DNA from: a virus
Taxonomy: Duplodnaviria; Caudoviricetes
Virus record (IMG/VR): IMGVR_UViG_3300037313_000688
Coordinates: 1-59,423 of that record
Length of the DNA: 59,423 nucleotides
Reading direction: 5' to 3' (one strand)
The number at the start of each line of letters is the position of its first letter. Within the stretch, counting starts at the first letter, position 1. A model generated the notes under the pieces. That model searched no databases and was not told where the DNA came from. It was given only the letters and a program-made list of their open reading frames with translations. The translations under genes and the position numbers were made by a program. Of this stretch, positions 1 to 8,701 are shown piece by piece.

Positions 1-282
1 ACCCGCACCCACTTCCGCGGTCTAATGCGATTTCTACCTGCGGGAAACGCGAACCTACTCAACACCTCACCCGACCCACCCGACACCGTAACCAGAACTC
101 GGGACACCACCCGTCACCCTGGACCGGGAGGGAGTCTTGACCTCTCAATCCCGACCGGCGAAATGGTGCATTGACCTAATGTGACACTACCCTACTCACG
201 GTATACCCCCACTGTCCCAATCAACCATCCCGGCGATAGCACATTGCCGCAGTCATGATTAGCGACATTGGGCCGACTTCAC

Positions 283-501
283 CGAGTCGAGACTAACCAC
301 TTCGCACCACCTAAACGAACCGCTTCGTCGCACCTAATCCGGTTGTTTAGTCTCGACTAACCGAACACTTCGTTTCACGTGAAATGCCGACTTAGGCTGC
401 ACTAAGTGAATCGCTTAGTCTCGACTAACTGAAGGGTTCAGTTAGGTGCACCTAACCGGCTGGCTTAGGGTCGACTAAGTGCTTAGCTTAGGTGAAACTA
501 A
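283..501. repeat. Array of TT(A/C)G-N6-CTAA palindromic boxes with ~23-bp period
   Basis: Boxes start at 283 (CGAG variant), 301, 324, 347, 392, 415, 442, 465 and 488; most spacings are 23 bp; 442-455 TTAGGTGCACCTAA is a perfect palindrome. Confidence 0.9.
371..386. promoter_or_regulatory. parS-like site
   Basis: CGTTTCACGTGAAATG matches 13 of 16 positions of the bacterial parS consensus TGTTTCACGTGAAACA. Confidence 0.5.
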
Positions 502-520
502 GGGAGCGCTCGTCCGACGA

Positions 521-536
521 ATATTGCTAGCAATAT
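521..536. repeat. Perfect 16-bp palindrome
   Basis: ATATTGCTAGCAATAT, further flanked by TCCG (513-516) and CGGA (537-540). Confidence 0.85.
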
Positions 537-559
537 CGGAGTGACGGGGGGCGGCGGAC

Positions 560-1020
560 GCATACAAATTACCGGAAAACTCGGCACTTGTTGCTGAGCA
601 AATCCGCGAGAGGTACAGGAGAATTTCTTACCTGTTGCTGGGGAATCTCGGCACGTCCGGCAAAAATACCAGAAATTTCGGCACTTGTCGCCGGGAAAAC
701 CGAGTTTTTCTTGCTGAGGAAACTTCCCGCGGTGTCCGCACGGGGGAATTTTTCAAATCCTTCGAGAAATCGAGTCGCTGAGTCGCTAAAACCGCGAAAC
801 GAAACCCCGGCGATTTTGCCGGTGAGAACTCCCGGCAATCCCAGCGACTCGGGAAACCGACGAAAGGCAATAAAAATGCCGGCGACAGGACATCGCCGGC
901 AAAACACACCCGTTTCAGCAACCTTTTTTCAGCACCTTTCGGGGTTTCATTTCGCGGAATCACCCCCAGCAAAAACACCCGATTTCATTTCGGTTTCGGA
1001 AACCAAGAAAGGCGACATTA
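560..1020. other. Non-coding A/T-tract-rich region, probably intrinsically bent DNA
   Basis: About 30 short A/T runs, many spaced ~10-12 or ~21-22 bp apart by eye; ORFs here lack the GC3 bias of the real genes. Confidence 0.55.
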
Positions 1021-1024
1021 TGCG

Positions 1025-2491
1025 CTAACTACAGCTCCAGGCGCCGATCCGGGAGCGAGCCTTGCTCAGCAGGTGAAACGCGCCGGCACTGGCGTCCACC
1101 TGGTCCTTGTAGCGGCTCAGGGGGAAGTGCTGGAGTTCGTCCAGGTACGCCTTCACCCACGGGGCCAGCTTCTTGACCCGCACGTTGCCGTTGTTCACCT
1201 GGACCGAGTACGGGTCGGCCCGGTCGATCTTGTCGCCGTCGCTCTTGCCGACCTTCCACACCCGCACCCGGAACCCGGCCAGCATCCGCACCGTCTGCTC
1301 GGCGCTCTGCTTCCCGCCCTCGTTGCCGGTCTGCTCGACGCCGACCTCCACCCCGTACCCGTCCTTCTTGGCCGTCTCCAGGATCAGCCGCTCGCGGGCG
1401 CCGGAGTCCACCCGGTCCCGGACCACGTCCAGCACCCAGAAGTACCCGTCCCGGTCCCGGGCCATCAGCACCCCGGCGGTGTAGGCGCCGACGCCCCCCT
1501 GCGTGCCGGCCTTGTCCCAGAACCGCACCCGCTTGACGAACTCGTGCCCGGCCGGCACGGCCAGGTGCTGGACCCGGTCGGTCTTGAACATCCCCCCGCC
1601 GGCCGGCACCGGCGCCTGGTCGAACTGGCTCGCGTACCCGTACTCGCCGAGGGTCTGCCGGGCCTCCTCCAGCACCTTGTTCGACAGCCGCCGGGGGTCC
1701 AGCAGCCCGTCCTCCCCCGGCTTGTCGCTCCGGTACAGCGCCCGCAGGGTCCGCGGCCGCACCCGCGGGGACAGGGTGGCCGGCATGCAGACGTGCTCGA
1801 CCCCCGGCCGGGCCAGGAACAGGGCGGTCGGGTCGTCCTGGTGCAGCCGCTGCATGATCAGGGTGGTGACGGACACCGCCTTGTCCACCTTCCGGGTCGG
1901 CAGGGTCTCCCGCAGCCACCGGTTGGCCCGGGCCAGCTCCAGCTCGCTGGCCGCCTGCTCCGGGTCGAGCGGGTCGTCGATGATGATGAAGTGGGCGTGC
2001 ATCCCCAGCACGCTCCCGTTCACCCCGACGGCGTACCGCATCCCCTTCGCCGACGTGGCGAAGTTCCCCTTGGCGTTCTGGTCCTCCCGCAGCTCGACGC
2101 CGGGGAAGCACGCCCGGTACTTGTCGGACAGGACCACGTCCCGGGACTTCTGGGACAGGGCCATCGCCAGCGGGTACGAGTAGCTGCCGCAGATGTGCTT
2201 GGCGTGCGGCATCCGGGTCCACGTCCACGCCGGGAACATGACCGAGCAGATGGTGCTCTTGCTGGTCCCCGGGGGGACGTTGATGACCAGGTCGGTCTCC
2301 TTCGGCAGCCCGTCGAACACCCGCTCCGCCCGCCGCTGCATCTGGTCGCACAGCACGGTCATGTGCCAGTTCCACACCAGCGGCTCGGCCACCACAGTGT
2401 CCCAGAAGGTTTTGACGAATTCTACAAAACTGTCGCGGGTGATGGATGCAATCAGCGCCTCCTCCGTCACCCGCACGTTCAACAGGCTCAT
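1025..2491 (-). CDS. terL: Terminase large subunit
   Basis: Start MSLLNV at ATG 2491 (ATGA overlap with the terS stop); Walker A VPPGTSKST, Walker B FIIIDDP, IMQRLH motif, nuclease motifs RFWDKA and DQVDA. Confidence 0.95.
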   Translation of the reverse strand: MSLLNVRVTEEALIASITRDSFVEFVKTFWDTVVAEPLVWNWHMTVLCDQMQRRAERVFDGLPKETDLVINVPPGTSKSTICSVMFPAWTWTRMPHAKHICGSYSYPLAMALSQKSRDVVLSDKYRACFPGVELREDQNAKGNFATSAKGMRYAVGVNGSVLGMHAHFIIIDDPLDPEQAASELELARANRWLRETLPTRKVDKAVSVTTLIMQRLHQDDPTALFLARPGVEHVCMPATLSPRVRPRTLRALYRSDKPGEDGLLDPRRLSNKVLEEARQTLGEYGYASQFDQAPVPAGGGMFKTDRVQHLAVPAGHEFVKRVRFWDKAGTQGGVGAYTAGVLMARDRDGYFWVLDVVRDRVDSGARERLILETAKKDGYGVEVGVEQTGNEGGKQSAEQTVRMLAGFRVRVWKVGKSDGDKIDRADPYSVQVNNGNVRVKKLAPWVKAYLDELQHFPLSRYKDQVDASAGAFHLLSKARSRIGAWSCS

Positions 2492-3330
2492 TCGTCCCCC
2501 TCCAGTACGGACAGCACCTCGGCGTCGATCACCCCGGCCGCCGGGTCGTGGGCCGGCAGGGCCGGGGTGCTGGCCTGCTGGTAGGCCGCCAGCACCTTCT
2601 TCTTCGTCTCCAGGTCGAGCGGCAGGTCTTCGATCCGGAGGGCGTGGGTGTGGGTGTGCTCGACCTCGGTCTTCTCGTGGTAGCCGCGGTCCCGGTTCAG
2701 CGTCCGGTTGGCGAAGATGACCGCGGCCGTGTCCCCGCGGCTGACCGCCTCCACCAGCTTGCTCTCGAACAGGTCCTTCTTCGCCTGCTGGACGGCGACC
2801 AGGAGGGCGACGAAGTCCGGGTCCTCCCGCTCCCACAGGGCGACCCGGGACGGCGGCAGGTTGAGCTTGCGCTGGGCCTCGCTCTTGTTGAAGTTGGTCC
2901 GGAACAGGGCGTGGACGTACAGGTGCTGCGTCACCTTGTCCCCGTGCCGGGCCAGCAGCCGGGACACCGCCCGGCCGCGGGACTTCTTCTCCAGCTCCTC
3001 CCGCTTGTTCTGGCGGGCGACCTCGCGCCAGACCTTCCGCAGCCGGGCCGGGAGCCGGCCGAGGGCGTCCTCCCACACCGCCTGGGTGCCCGGGGCGGAC
3101 GCGGCGACGAGCGCCTTCTTCCGGGCCGCCCGCCCGGCCTCCACCGCCCGGGCGAACACCAGGCGCTTCTTCTTCCAGCTCCGGTACGTGGCCGGGTCCA
3201 CCCCCAGCACCCCGGGGATCTGGGTCTCCGGCAGCCCGGCCTTGGCCGCCTCGTAAGCCTCGAACACCCGGTCGAGCGTAAACTTGCACCCCGCCGACTT
3301 TTCCTCCGGCGGGGTTTTGACGGTTGGCAT
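2488..3330 (-). CDS. terS: Terminase small subunit with two HTH-like segments
   Basis: GGAGG RBS and ATG 3330; HTH-like QIPGVLGVDPATYRSW and NKSEAQRKLNLPPSRVALWEREDPDF; GDTAAVIF...DRGY tail typical of TerS; translationally coupled to terL. Confidence 0.8.
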   Translation of the reverse strand: MPTVKTPPEEKSAGCKFTLDRVFEAYEAAKAGLPETQIPGVLGVDPATYRSWKKKRLVFARAVEAGRAARKKALVAASAPGTQAVWEDALGRLPARLRKVWREVARQNKREELEKKSRGRAVSRLLARHGDKVTQHLYVHALFRTNFNKSEAQRKLNLPPSRVALWEREDPDFVALLVAVQQAKKDLFESKLVEAVSRGDTAAVIFANRTLNRDRGYHEKTEVEHTHTHALRIEDLPLDLETKKKVLAAYQQASTPALPAHDPAAGVIDAEVLSVLEGDE

Positions 3331-3360
3331 GGTTCCTCCGGTTGTCGGGACGGTCCCGCG

Positions 3361-3389
3361 AGTGTACGCTTTCGCCCCGGAAACTCCAA
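3361..3389 (-). promoter_or_regulatory. Putative sigma70-type promoter for terS-terL
   Basis: TTGGAG-17 bp-TACACT on the minus strand upstream of terS. Confidence 0.5.
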
Positions 3390-3397
3390 GGGCGGTG

Positions 3398-3426
3398 TTG
3401 ACCGCCCGCCCGTTTCCCATAATAAT
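3398..3426 (+). promoter_or_regulatory. Putative sigma70-type promoter for the portal operon
   Basis: TTGACC-17 bp-AATAAT; the -35 box lies inside the inverted repeat GGGCGGT-GTTG-ACCGCCC (3390-3407). Confidence 0.65.
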
Positions 3427-3453
3427 CCCGCCTAGACCGCCCGAGGAGGCGTT

Positions 3454-5031
3454 ATGTCCGCCAACCCGCCCCGGTACGACAAGACCCGCGGCATCCTGGA
3501 GCTGCTGGCGAACTCGGCGCTGATGAGCCGGGAAGCCCTGATCCAGAAGATGTGCGACCCGTCGTGCCGCGACCTGTCGAAAGACTGCGGATACCCCCTC
3601 ACCTTCTCCGCCCACGACTACCTGCTCCAGTACCAGAACAACGGGCTGGCCCGGCGGGTGGTCGGGGCGTTCGCGGACGAGTGCTGGTCGGTTGACCCGC
3701 AGCTGTACGAGCAGGAGGAGCCGGAGGACACCCCGTTCGAGACGGCGTGGCAGGAACTCCTCGACTCCGACCTCGCGCCCTGGCACTACCTGCACCGGGC
3801 GGACGAGGTGAGCGGGATCGGCCGGTTCGGGGTGCTCCTGTTCGGGTTCGACGACGGCCTCGCCCCGAACCTGCCGGTCCCGGGGATCGACCCGAAGACC
3901 GGCAAGCCGAACGGCAAGGGAGGGAAGCGGGAGCTGCTCTACCAGCGGGTGTTCGACGAGACGCAGGTCAAGATCCGTTCCTGGGAGACGGACCTGCGGT
4001 CCCCCCGGTACGGCCGGCCGGTCGTGTACCAGCTGGCGTTCATGTCCCTGACCGACCAACAGGTCGCCACCGGAAACGACCCGCCGCCCTCCCGGTGGGT
4101 GGACGTCCACTGGACCCGGGTGCTCCACCTGGCCGACAACACGTCCGAGGTGTTCGGCACGCCGCGGATGCAGCCGGTCCTCAAGCGGCTCCTGGACACG
4201 GACAAGATCCTGTCCGGGTCCGCCGAGATGTACTACAAGGGGGCGTTCCCCGGCATCAGCTTCGAGGCGCTGCCGGAGGCGCTGGTCAACGCCGACCTGC
4301 TGGACGACGAGGCGGAGAAGAAGTTCAAGCAGGAACTTGCCAAGTACGAGGCCGGGCTGAGCCGGTACATCGCGCTGATCGGGATGACGGCCAAACCCAT
4401 CGCCCCGACCCTGGTCGCCCCGACCGAGTTCCTGATCCAGCACATCAGCCAGATCGCCACCGCCCTGGCCATGCCGTACCGGGTGTTCGTCGGGAGTGAG
4501 GCTGCCCACCTCGCCAGCACCCAGGACATCACCACCTGGAACAAGCGGGTCGCCCGGCGCCAGCGCCTCTACCTGAACCCGATGGTCGTCCGCCCCTACG
4601 TCCAGCGGCTGATCGACGTGGGGGTGCTGCCGAAGCCGGAGAAGTTCGTCATCGCCTGGACCGACCTGAACGGGCTGAGCGACAAGGACAAGGCGGACGT
4701 GGCGCTGAAGCGGTCGCAGGCGCTGATGGCCTACGTGGCCGGGAACGTGGAGTCGGTGTTCCCGGCCCGGGAGTACCTGACCCTGGTCCTCGGCCTGACC
4801 CAGAAGGAGGCTGACGCGGTGTTCCGGGGGGCGGACAAGCTGACCCCGGAGACCCGCCAGACGCCCGACCCGGCCGCCCAGAAGCAGGCCGAGATGGACA
4901 TGCAGCAGGAGATGGCCGACAAGCAGATGAAGCAGGACGCGAAGATCGCCACCCAGGACCGGGCGGCCATGAAGGCCCAGGCGAAAGCGAAGCGGAAGCC
5001 GACCTCCCCCGGGGCGGCCGCGGCCGCCTGA
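3454..5031 (+). CDS. Portal protein (DUF1073-like)
   Basis: NGLARRVV, GRFGVLLFG, SPRYGRP, VHWTRVLH motifs; 525 aa; next to the terminase; GGAGG RBS. Confidence 0.88.
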   Translation: MSANPPRYDKTRGILELLANSALMSREALIQKMCDPSCRDLSKDCGYPLTFSAHDYLLQYQNNGLARRVVGAFADECWSVDPQLYEQEEPEDTPFETAWQELLDSDLAPWHYLHRADEVSGIGRFGVLLFGFDDGLAPNLPVPGIDPKTGKPNGKGGKRELLYQRVFDETQVKIRSWETDLRSPRYGRPVVYQLAFMSLTDQQVATGNDPPPSRWVDVHWTRVLHLADNTSEVFGTPRMQPVLKRLLDTDKILSGSAEMYYKGAFPGISFEALPEALVNADLLDDEAEKKFKQELAKYEAGLSRYIALIGMTAKPIAPTLVAPTEFLIQHISQIATALAMPYRVFVGSEAAHLASTQDITTWNKRVARRQRLYLNPMVVRPYVQRLIDVGVLPKPEKFVIAWTDLNGLSDKDKADVALKRSQALMAYVAGNVESVFPAREYLTLVLGLTQKEADAVFRGADKLTPETRQTPDPAAQKQAEMDMQQEMADKQMKQDAKIATQDRAAMKAQAKAKRKPTSPGAAAAA

Positions 5032-5053
5032 CCCCTGACCCGGAGAGACCTTC

Positions 5054-5452
5054 ATGGGCGTCAACCTCGTCCCCCGCAAGCGGTCCCCCTACGCCGTAGG
5101 GCCGACGGCCGTCACCTGGTCGGTCGGGACCGAGTCCAGCAACGCGATCTCGATCACCGGCACCGTCAAGGGGCCGGGGGGTCAGGCGCTGGGGTACGTC
5201 TCCCTAGACGTGCTGATCTCGGACACCGCGACCGGGGCCGACGTCGCCGCGTCCGCCCCGTCCGGCGGGGTCGCCATCGGCAGCTACGGGAAGATCCTGG
5301 CGGCCGTCGTCGCCGGTAAGCTCCTGAAGGTGCGGACCGACAGCTCGGGCCGGTTCCAGCTGACCCTGACCGAGTCCACCGCCAAGTCGTTCTACGTCCA
5401 CGCCACCCTGCCGGACGGCACGACCGACGCCAAGATCGTCACCTTCGCGTAA
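5054..5452 (+). CDS. Small beta-rich putative virion protein
   Basis: 132 aa, GGAG RBS, Ser/Thr/Val-rich, Ig-like appearance. Confidence 0.65.
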   Translation: MGVNLVPRKRSPYAVGPTAVTWSVGTESSNAISITGTVKGPGGQALGYVSLDVLISDTATGADVAASAPSGGVAIGSYGKILAAVVAGKLLKVRTDSSGRFQLTLTESTAKSFYVHATLPDGTTDAKIVTFA

Positions 5453-5467
5453 GTCCCGGAGTGAGCC

Positions 5468-8400
5468 GTGGCTAACAGTTTCAACGACGGCCGGACCGCC
5501 GTCCCCCTGGAGCCGGAACAGGCCCAGGGGGACGACCTCGTCCCCATCGGCCGCGCTCCCAGCGGGGCGTGGGCCAAGGTGGCGACGTTTCTCAAGCACC
5601 TCCTGATCGGGTCGGGGGGCACCCCGGCGAACCAGCCGCTGTCCGGGATGCCGGAGGGGTCGGGCGTCCTCATGCTCGACCCCGAGACCGGTAAGGCGTA
5701 CCTCCTCGACCCGTCGGAGGTCGGGGGCGGGGGTGGCGTCTGGGGGTCGATCACCGGGACGATCAACGATCAGAGCGACCTCCAGGGGGTGTTCGACACC
5801 CTCGGGACGGACATCTCCGACCTCCAGGACAACGACGTGACCCTGGCGGCGGCGATAGCGGCCAAGGCCAACACGGCGTCCCCGGCGTTCACCGGCACCC
5901 CCACGGCCCCGACCCAGTCCCCGGCCGACAACTCGACCAAGTTGGCGACGACGGCCTACGCCGACGCGGCGGCGGCGGCCGTCACCAGCACCGCTGTCCT
6001 CCGCCCCGACCCGGCCCTCGACCTGGCCCTGGCCGACCAGTTCCTCGACACCGGGGCGGACCTCCAGGCGGACGACCTGGTCCTCGTGTCCGACTCGTCC
6101 GGCACCCTCCGCCGCGTCCGGGGGGACGCGGCGTACAGCCGGATCAAGACCCTGGGCGGGGACGACCTGCTCGACCTCGACCCGGCCATGCTGTTCTGGC
6201 CGGACATCGGTCTCTGGTACACGTCCTCCACCTTGGCCACCCTGACCAGCAGCCAGAACCCGACCCAGAGCTTCCCGTACCAGGACAACGACGTGGGCGG
6301 GTGGCTGGACTCGTCCCGCAACCGGCGGCACCTGACGAACACGATCACCAGCCCCGGGAAGGTGACGGTGGACTTCACCGACACCGGCCTCCCGGCCGTT
6401 CGGACCGACCCGGCCAACACCACCCTGACGGCGGAGGGGCTGTCCGGGGTGCTCAACAGCAAGTGGACGGTCGTCCTGTGCATGTCCCGGGACGCGGCCG
6501 GGGACGCCACCCAGATACAGTGGTCGGCCGGACAGGCCGGGAACGACGACTATATCTACCTGACCATGCGGCGGAACGACACCGGCGGGCTGACCGGTAG
6601 CAACATCACCCACCGGTTCGGCGGTAGCGTGTCCGGGGGGTGGTCGTCGTTCAACGACGACAGCAACATCGCCGATCCCGGTCCCGGCCCGGTGGTGTTC
6701 GCGTTCGGCCGGGACGGGACCAACTTTTGGCTGCTCAAGCAGGACGGGACGGGCCTGCTCACGTCCGCCGGGGCGGCGTTCAACCCGGACTGCATGGGGT
6801 GGGGGTTGCGTCGCCGGAACACGAGCAACACGGGGGCGATCAGCTCCGGACACAACGTCGCCCTGGCCGCCTTCCCGTACAACCTGTCTAGCGCCCAGCG
6901 GACGCGGGTGGTGAACGAGTTCAAGCGGCGGTTCCAGGCGGCGGCCCGGCTGAACGACCGGGTGACGTTCATGTCCGCGTTCGGCGGGGCGGTCGGGTCG
7001 AAGTCCCGTCGGAACCGGAAGCCGCTGTCGTCCATCGCCGCCACCGTCGGGACGGTCGGGGTGGCCGCCCCGGCGGCGAACGGCAGCGGGCCGGGGGCGG
7101 ACGTGAGCGGCGGGGCCGCCCTGAAGGTCGGTCGCGCTACCTACGGCAAGTTCGGCGGGTGGCCGGCCCGCGGGAGTTTCTTCGCCGAGTTCCACGTCAA
7201 GATCGACACCCTCCCGGTCAGCGGTGACGCCCACCTGATCGGCCAGTGGGCGCAGGCCGGCCGCACCTGGCGGGCGGTGCTGACGAGCGCCGGCAGCGTC
7301 CGGTTCGACATGATGACCGTCCCCGCCAGTGTGACCGTTCAGAGTCTCACGGACGTGGCCGGGCTGTCGGCCGGGGACGAGCTGCGGGGAGTCGTCCAGT
7401 GGGACCGGGACGCCCAGCTCATGCGGCTGAACGTCAACACCCGGACGCAGGTGACGCAAGCCTATTCCGGGCCGAACTGGTCGATCACCAACGCCGAGCC
7501 GACGAACGCGGTGACGGTCGGGGCCGGCTGGAGCGGGAGTGGGACGAACGATTACGACGCGGCGTTCGACGGCAAGGTCTACCACTCCCACGCCGGCCGG
7601 GGCAAGCTGTCGGCGACCGAACTCGCCCTGTTCCTCCAGGCCGGCGGGTACGAGACGGTCCGCCTCCCCGGCCCAGTCCTCCAGGTGACGAACTTCCAGG
7701 GCGGCCACGGGCACGTCCGCTGGGGCGGGTCCGGGTCGCCGACGGCGAACGTGACGATAGAAGGGGTGTACACCCTACCGGCGTCGGGCGGGGCCATCAA
7801 GTACAGCCTGAACGGGGCGGCCCCGGTGACGGGGGTCGGCAGCCCGAGCGGGCGGACGTTTTCGTTTACGGTCAACAGCGTCCCGGCCGGCCGGAACACG
7901 ATAGAGCTGTTCTTCGCCGGTCAGCCGTCGGTCCGGACGGTCGTGCGGGTGAACGTCGGACCGGTCGTCCTCGTCTGCGGTCAGTCCCTCGCTCCGAACG
8001 TGTCCGTCTACCCGCAGCGGTATGACGGGGCGGACGGGCACGTCCTGTACCTGGACCAGTCCCGCCGGTGGCGACAGGCCGGGACGATGGAGATCACCCC
8101 GAGCTACCAGGACTACCAGGACGTGTCGAGCCTGTCGGCCGGGTACTCGTCGTGGGCCAGGATCGCCGCCCGCGAGTCGGCCCGGCTGGGGGTGCCGGTC
8201 GCGGTCGTGATCGCCAGCCAGTCCGGGTCCGGGTCCACCGCCTGGCTGCCGGCGACCAATCACCACGACGACACGACACTCTACGGCCAGTCCCTCCGCC
8301 TCGCGGAGATGGCCGGCGGGGCGGACCTCGTCTGGTGGGACCAGGGGCACAACGACGCGGCGTTCGGGATCGGGACCAGCGCCTACGAGACCAACCTGAA

Positions 8401-8692
8401 CGCCATAGTCAACGCCTACTTCGCCGATCTGGGGTGCCCGACAGCGGTCGTGGTCATGCCGGAGACGACGGCCAGCTACTCGGCGAACGTGGCCGGCATC
8501 CAGACCGCCCAGCGGAACGTGATCGCCGGCAACACCCACGCCCGGCAGGGGTCGGACGAGGACGGACTGACGCCGAACAGTGTGACCGGGGACGGGGTCC
8601 ACTGGGGGTCGTCCACGGACGGCCAGATCGCCCAGAGCGAGATCGACGCCCGGGTGGAGCGGCACGTCGCCGCCCTGGACCTGGTGTTGTAA
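5468..8692 (+). CDS. Fibre-like protein with LamG-like region and C-terminal SGNH/sialate O-acetylesterase-like domain
   Basis: Fibre repeat ASPAFTGTPTAPT...TKLATTAY; SGNH blocks VCGQS, WWDQGHND and GDGVHW. Confidence 0.8.
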   Translation: MANSFNDGRTAVPLEPEQAQGDDLVPIGRAPSGAWAKVATFLKHLLIGSGGTPANQPLSGMPEGSGVLMLDPETGKAYLLDPSEVGGGGGVWGSITGTINDQSDLQGVFDTLGTDISDLQDNDVTLAAAIAAKANTASPAFTGTPTAPTQSPADNSTKLATTAYADAAAAAVTSTAVLRPDPALDLALADQFLDTGADLQADDLVLVSDSSGTLRRVRGDAAYSRIKTLGGDDLLDLDPAMLFWPDIGLWYTSSTLATLTSSQNPTQSFPYQDNDVGGWLDSSRNRRHLTNTITSPGKVTVDFTDTGLPAVRTDPANTTLTAEGLSGVLNSKWTVVLCMSRDAAGDATQIQWSAGQAGNDDYIYLTMRRNDTGGLTGSNITHRFGGSVSGGWSSFNDDSNIADPGPGPVVFAFGRDGTNFWLLKQDGTGLLTSAGAAFNPDCMGWGLRRRNTSNTGAISSGHNVALAAFPYNLSSAQRTRVVNEFKRRFQAAARLNDRVTFMSAFGGAVGSKSRRNRKPLSSIAATVGTVGVAAPAANGSGPGADVSGGAALKVGRATYGKFGGWPARGSFFAEFHVKIDTLPVSGDAHLIGQWAQAGRTWRAVLTSAGSVRFDMMTVPASVTVQSLTDVAGLSAGDELRGVVQWDRDAQLMRLNVNTRTQVTQAYSGPNWSITNAEPTNAVTVGAGWSGSGTNDYDAAFDGKVYHSHAGRGKLSATELALFLQAGGYETVRLPGPVLQVTNFQGGHGHVRWGGSGSPTANVTIEGVYTLPASGGAIKYSLNGAAPVTGVGSPSGRTFSFTVNSVPAGRNTIELFFAGQPSVRTVVRVNVGPVVLVCGQSLAPNVSVYPQRYDGADGHVLYLDQSRRWRQAGTMEITPSYQDYQDVSSLSAGYSSWARIAARESARLGVPVAVVIASQSGSGSTAWLPATNHHDDTTLYGQSLRLAEMAGGADLVWWDQGHNDAAFGIGTSAYETNLNAIVNAYFADLGCPTAVVVMPETTASYSANVAGIQTAQRNVIAGNTHARQGSDEDGLTPNSVTGDGVHWGSSTDGQIAQSEIDARVERHVAALDLVL

Positions 8693-8701
8693 GGGGGAGT
8701 C

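Noticed and set aside
283-501. CRISPR array
   Set aside because: The 23-bp unit is far too short, the conserved part is two 4-bp arms, and there are no cas genes in the window
569-1028. ORFs 569-907, 588-1028 and 628-978
   Set aside because: No RBS, no motifs, atypical codon usage; by-products of the A/T-tract region
3391-3402. GGCGGTGTTGAC resembles the lambda PL -35/operator region
   Set aside because: Short match with no full 17-bp operator and no CI-like gene seen; probably coincidence
3454-5031. Anti-CBASS Acb1 label sometimes attached to DUF1073
   Set aside because: No paired HxT/S phosphoesterase motifs recognised; size and position indicate a portal
1025-5079. Track ORFs 1025-3289 (754 aa) and 2488-5079 (863 aa) at full length
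   Set aside because: The N-terminal extensions are shadow frames; the real starts are 2491 (terL) and 3330 (terS)
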